Positions 26,375 to 29,559 of a DNA stretch of 29,559 nucleotides are shown here, in pieces; position 1 is the first letter of the stretch, and each line of letters opens with the position of its first letter. The notes beneath the pieces were generated by a model. The model saw only the letters and a list, made by a program, of their open reading frames with translations. It had not been told where the DNA came from and did not search any database. Made by a program: the position numbers and the translations under genes. The DNA comes from Gemmatimonadaceae bacterium (GTDB taxonomy: Bacteria > Gemmatimonadota > Gemmatimonadetes > Gemmatimonadales > Gemmatimonadaceae), in the NCBI GenBank assembly GCA_040901985.1, contig JBBDYC010000010.1:75858-105416 (forward strand), read 5' to 3'.

Positions 26375-27322
26375 ATGGCCAACAAGCACGACTTGCTGAC
26401 CCGACGCCCGGACGACGCGCCGCGCCGATCGCTCTGGGAGCGCATCAGGGATGTTGCGCTCGCCGATGTAGCCGTTCTGGCGCGGGGTGGCGTGGACGCC
26501 GGATCGCTGGAGCGGCTCGAGCGAGTCCTGCTCGAAGCGGACTTCGGCGTGCCCGTGACCGTGCGGCTCGTGGACGAGATCCGCCGGCAGGCGGCCCTCG
26601 GCACCGTCAAGTCGGCGGACGACTTCCTCGGCGCGCTGCGCGTCCTGGTCGCCGACTCGCTTTCGGCGGGGAACGCCGAGGTCGCGCTGCGGTTCGCCGA
26701 GGCAAAGCCGACCGTGATCCTCGTGCTCGGCGTGAATGGCGTGGGGAAGACGACCTCAATCGGCAAGCTCGCGGCGCGCCTGCGCGCCGAGGGCCGCTCC
26801 GTGCTCCTCGGCGCGGGCGACACGTTTCGCGCCGGCGCCATTGACCAACTGCGACTCTGGGCCGAGCGTACCGGGTCGGACTTCGTGGGCGGCGCGCCGG
26901 GCGGCGATCCGGCGGCCGTGGCGTTCCAGGCAATTGATGCCGGCGTCACGCGCGGCACCGATGTCATCGTGATAGACACCGCCGGCCGGCTGCACACGAG
27001 CGATGCGCTGATGGAGGAACTGCGGAAGGTCCAGCGCGTCGTGGCCAAGCGGCTGCCGGGCGCGCCGCACGAGGCGCTGCTCGTGCTCGACGCCACTGTG
27101 GGGCAGAACGCCGTGCAGCAGGCCAGGCAGTTCGCCGCGGCCGTGCCGCTCACCGGGCTCGTGATGACCAAGCTCGACGGCACCGCGCGCGGCGGCGTGG
27201 TGGTGGCGGTGCACGAGGCGATCAACGTGCCCGTGAAGTTTCTCGGCTACGGCGAGCAGGCGGGCGACCTGCGGCCGTTTGAGAGCGCGGCGTTCGCGCG
27301 CGAGTTGCTGGAAGGTCCGTGA
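26375..27322 (+). CDS. ftsY: SRP receptor FtsY (NG domain, no long acidic region)
   Basis: GVNGVGKTTSIGKLA, DTFRAGA, DTAGRL, DATVGQN and TKLDGTARGG. Confidence 0.97.
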   Translation: MANKHDLLTRRPDDAPRRSLWERIRDVALADVAVLARGGVDAGSLERLERVLLEADFGVPVTVRLVDEIRRQAALGTVKSADDFLGALRVLVADSLSAGNAEVALRFAEAKPTVILVLGVNGVGKTTSIGKLAARLRAEGRSVLLGAGDTFRAGAIDQLRLWAERTGSDFVGGAPGGDPAAVAFQAIDAGVTRGTDVIVIDTAGRLHTSDALMEELRKVQRVVAKRLPGAPHEALLVLDATVGQNAVQQARQFAAAVPLTGLVMTKLDGTARGGVVVAVHEAINVPVKFLGYGEQAGDLRPFESAAFARELLEGP

Positions 27323-29490
27323 TGGGCGCCGCGCGCGGCAGCGGGGGACCGCGCCGGACCCTCGAGATGCCGGTGAATTACTTGCCGGGCGTCGGCCCGC
27401 GGCGCGCCGAGGCGCTCAAGCGGCTCAACATCTTCACCGCGCGCGACCTGCTCTTTCACATCCCGCATCGGTATGAGGACGCCAGCACCATCACGCCGAT
27501 CGCCAAGCTGCGCGTCGGCGACGATGCGACCGTGATCGGCACCGTGATCTCCAAGGGCATCCTCCCCACGCGGAAGGGGCTGCGCGTCTTCCAGGCCGTG
27601 GTGCAGGACGCGTCAGGGTTGATCGAGGCCGGATGGCCGGGACAGCCCTGGCTCGACCGGCAGATCGAGAAGGGCGATCAGCTTCTGTTGAGTGGGCCCG
27701 TGCGCTTCTTCCACGGGCGTCAGCTCGCGCCGCGCGAGTTCGTGAACCTCGGTTCTGGCGCCGAGGGCGACAGCACCGCCGGCGGACGTGTGCTCGCCGT
27801 CTATCCGGCCACCGAGGGACTCTCGTTCAAGCTGATCCGCGGGTTGGTGGACCGGCATCTCGACGAGCTGTTGCCGCAGGTGACCGAGTATCTCCCCGCC
27901 GAGCTGTTGGAGTCGGCGGGCGTCCCATCGCTCCGCGACGCGCTGCGCGCCGTGCACCGGCCCACCTCCGTGCGCGAGGCGTGGGCTGGCCGTTCGCGGT
28001 TGGCGTACGAGGAGTTGTTCTTCGTGCATCTGTTGCAGGGGCGCGCACGGGCAATCGCGCGCGAGGCGCGCGACGGGATCGCGTTCAGGAACAAGCGTCA
28101 GCTCACGTCGCGGTTCCGCGAGGCGCTGCCGTTCAAGCTGACCGCGGCGCAAAGGCGCGCCGTGCGCGAGATCGTGGCCGATATGTGCGCGCCCGAGCGG
28201 ATGCAGCGGCTGCTGCAGGGCGATGTGGGGAGCGGCAAGACCGTCGTCGCCGTCTTTGCGGCGCTGCTGGCGATGGAGAACGGCTATCAGGTGGCGCTGA
28301 TGGCGCCGACCGAGCTCCTGGCCGAGCAGCACGCGCGGACGCTCGACAAGCTTCTCGCGCCGTTGGGGATCATCCCCGTGCTGATCACCGGGAGCCGGTC
28401 GGCAAAGGAGCGGAAGCTCGCCGCCACGCGGCTCGAGAGTGGCGAGCCGTGCATCGCCGTGGGGACGCACGCGCTGCAGGAGGGTGGGACGCGCTTCGCG
28501 AAGCTTGGGCTGGTGGTGATAGATGAGCAGCATCGGTTTGGGGTGGAGCAGCGGCGTGCGTTGGCCGAGCGGGCGACCGGCGGGGCCAGCGCGAGTGGGG
28601 CGGGCGGGGCGGGCGGCGCGGGCGGGGCGGGCGGTGAAGGAGTGTCGCGGCCCGATGTGCTGCTGATGTCGGCGACGCCGATTCCGCGGTCGCTGGCGCT
28701 GACGATGTTCGGCGACCTCGACCTGAGCATCCTCGACGAGCGTCCGCCCGGGCGCCAGCCGATCACGACGGCGTTGCGTCCGGAGGCAGGCCGGGCCCGG
28801 GTCTTCGACTTCGTCCGGAAGCAGGTGTCATCCGGACGGCAAGCGTATGTGGTGTATCCGCTGATTGACGAGTCGGAGAAGTTGGCGCTCAAGGCCGCGA
28901 CGCGCGCCTTTGACGAGTTGGTGGCCGGGCCGCTCGCGGGGCTGCGTGTGGCGCTGCTGCACGGGCGGATGGCGGCGGCGGACAAGGACGACGTGATGCG
29001 GCGGTTCCGTGACGGCGCGCTCGATGTGCTCGTGGCCACCACGGTGATCGAGGTGGGGATTGACGTGCCGAACGCGACGGTGATGGTGGTCGAACATCCG
29101 GAGCGGTTCGGGCTCTCGCAGCTGCATCAGTTGCGCGGACGGGTGGGGCGGGGGGCGAAGGAGTCGTACTGCATCCTGCTCGGGGATGTCGGCGAGGAGG
29201 TCGCCGAGCGACTCGCGCCGTTCCTTGAGAGTGAGGATGGGTTTGCGATCGCGCGGGCGGACCTCAGGCAGCGGGGGATGGGGGACCTGTTCGGCGAGCG
29301 GCAGAGCGGGGTGCCGATGTTCAAGGTGGCCGATCCGCTGCGGGATGAGGAGCTGAGTGAGAAGGCGCGGGCGGCGGCTGCCCTGATACTCGGCCGGGAT
29401 CCGGAGTTGGTGCGGGCGGAGCATCGGGGGTTGCAGGAGACGTTGCGGAGGCAGTATGGAAGGGCGATGGAGCTGTTTCGGGTGGGGTAG
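27319..29490 (+). CDS. recG: ATP-dependent DNA helicase RecG
   Basis: N-terminal wedge/OB region, LLQGDVGSGKT, MAPTELLAEQH, DEQHRFG, MSATPIPR, IEVGIDVPNA and QLHQLRGRVGR. The start is GTG 27319, ATG 27322 or later. Confidence 0.97.
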   Translation: MMGAARGSGGPRRTLEMPVNYLPGVGPRRAEALKRLNIFTARDLLFHIPHRYEDASTITPIAKLRVGDDATVIGTVISKGILPTRKGLRVFQAVVQDASGLIEAGWPGQPWLDRQIEKGDQLLLSGPVRFFHGRQLAPREFVNLGSGAEGDSTAGGRVLAVYPATEGLSFKLIRGLVDRHLDELLPQVTEYLPAELLESAGVPSLRDALRAVHRPTSVREAWAGRSRLAYEELFFVHLLQGRARAIAREARDGIAFRNKRQLTSRFREALPFKLTAAQRRAVREIVADMCAPERMQRLLQGDVGSGKTVVAVFAALLAMENGYQVALMAPTELLAEQHARTLDKLLAPLGIIPVLITGSRSAKERKLAATRLESGEPCIAVGTHALQEGGTRFAKLGLVVIDEQHRFGVEQRRALAERATGGASASGAGGAGGAGGAGGEGVSRPDVLLMSATPIPRSLALTMFGDLDLSILDERPPGRQPITTALRPEAGRARVFDFVRKQVSSGRQAYVVYPLIDESEKLALKAATRAFDELVAGPLAGLRVALLHGRMAAADKDDVMRRFRDGALDVLVATTVIEVGIDVPNATVMVVEHPERFGLSQLHQLRGRVGRGAKESYCILLGDVGEEVAERLAPFLESEDGFAIARADLRQRGMGDLFGERQSGVPMFKVADPLRDEELSEKARAAAALILGRDPELVRAEHRGLQETLRRQYGRAMELFRVG
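28597..28632 (+). repeat. 4 x 9-bp tandem repeat GG(G/C)GCGGGC inside recG
   Basis: ggggcgggc ggggcgggc ggcgcgggc ggggcgggc, encoding (Gly-Ala-Gly)4. Confidence 0.85.
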
Positions 29491-29492
29491 CT

Positions 29493-29526
29493 GGGGCGGG
29501 CGGGGGGGGGGGGGGGCGGGGGGGGG
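29493..29526. repeat. Poly-G low-complexity tract
   Basis: 15 G at 29502-29516 and 9 G at 29518-29526, directly after the recG stop. Confidence 0.8.
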
Positions 29527-29559
29527 CCTCAAATGGCATCGGGCGGTGCCGCGTGGGGC

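Noticed and set aside
29529..29559. Possible 3' end of a convergent minus-strand gene (…PHAAPPDAI*)
   Set aside because: Only about 10 codons, next to a suspect poly-G tract, so it cannot be supported.

Overview
Very GC-rich bacterial chromosomal DNA with every supported gene on the + strand. Gene content and order suggest Gemmatimonadota, but this is inference only. The window has three blocks. (1) 1-5519: the 3' end of a tightly coupled chemosensory-type operon (TPR fragment, cheR, cheD, cheB, two cheW-like genes, a TPR protein and a membrane-anchored HEXXH metallopeptidase), with no cheA, cheY or MCP inside the window. (2) 5536-22009: a near-consensus sigma70 promoter, a 59-aa two-TM protein missed by the ORF track, tRNA-Val(TAC) and an exported TPR protein in the position mraZ normally takes. 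These are followed by the dcw cluster (rsmH ftsL ftsI murE murF mraY murD ftsW murG murC ftsQ ftsA, with no mraZ, murB or ddl) and an intrinsic terminator. (3) 22238-29490: ftsZ coupled to an M23 peptidase, a vWA-like membrane protein, ftsY and recG. No mobile element or CRISPR array was seen. Both ends carry C/G homopolymer tracts that may be assembly artefacts. The best leads are the TPR/peptidase chemosensory module, the mraZ-less promoter-small protein-tRNA-TPR leader of dcw, a MurG with altered invariant motifs, and recurrent leaderless-type -10 boxes.
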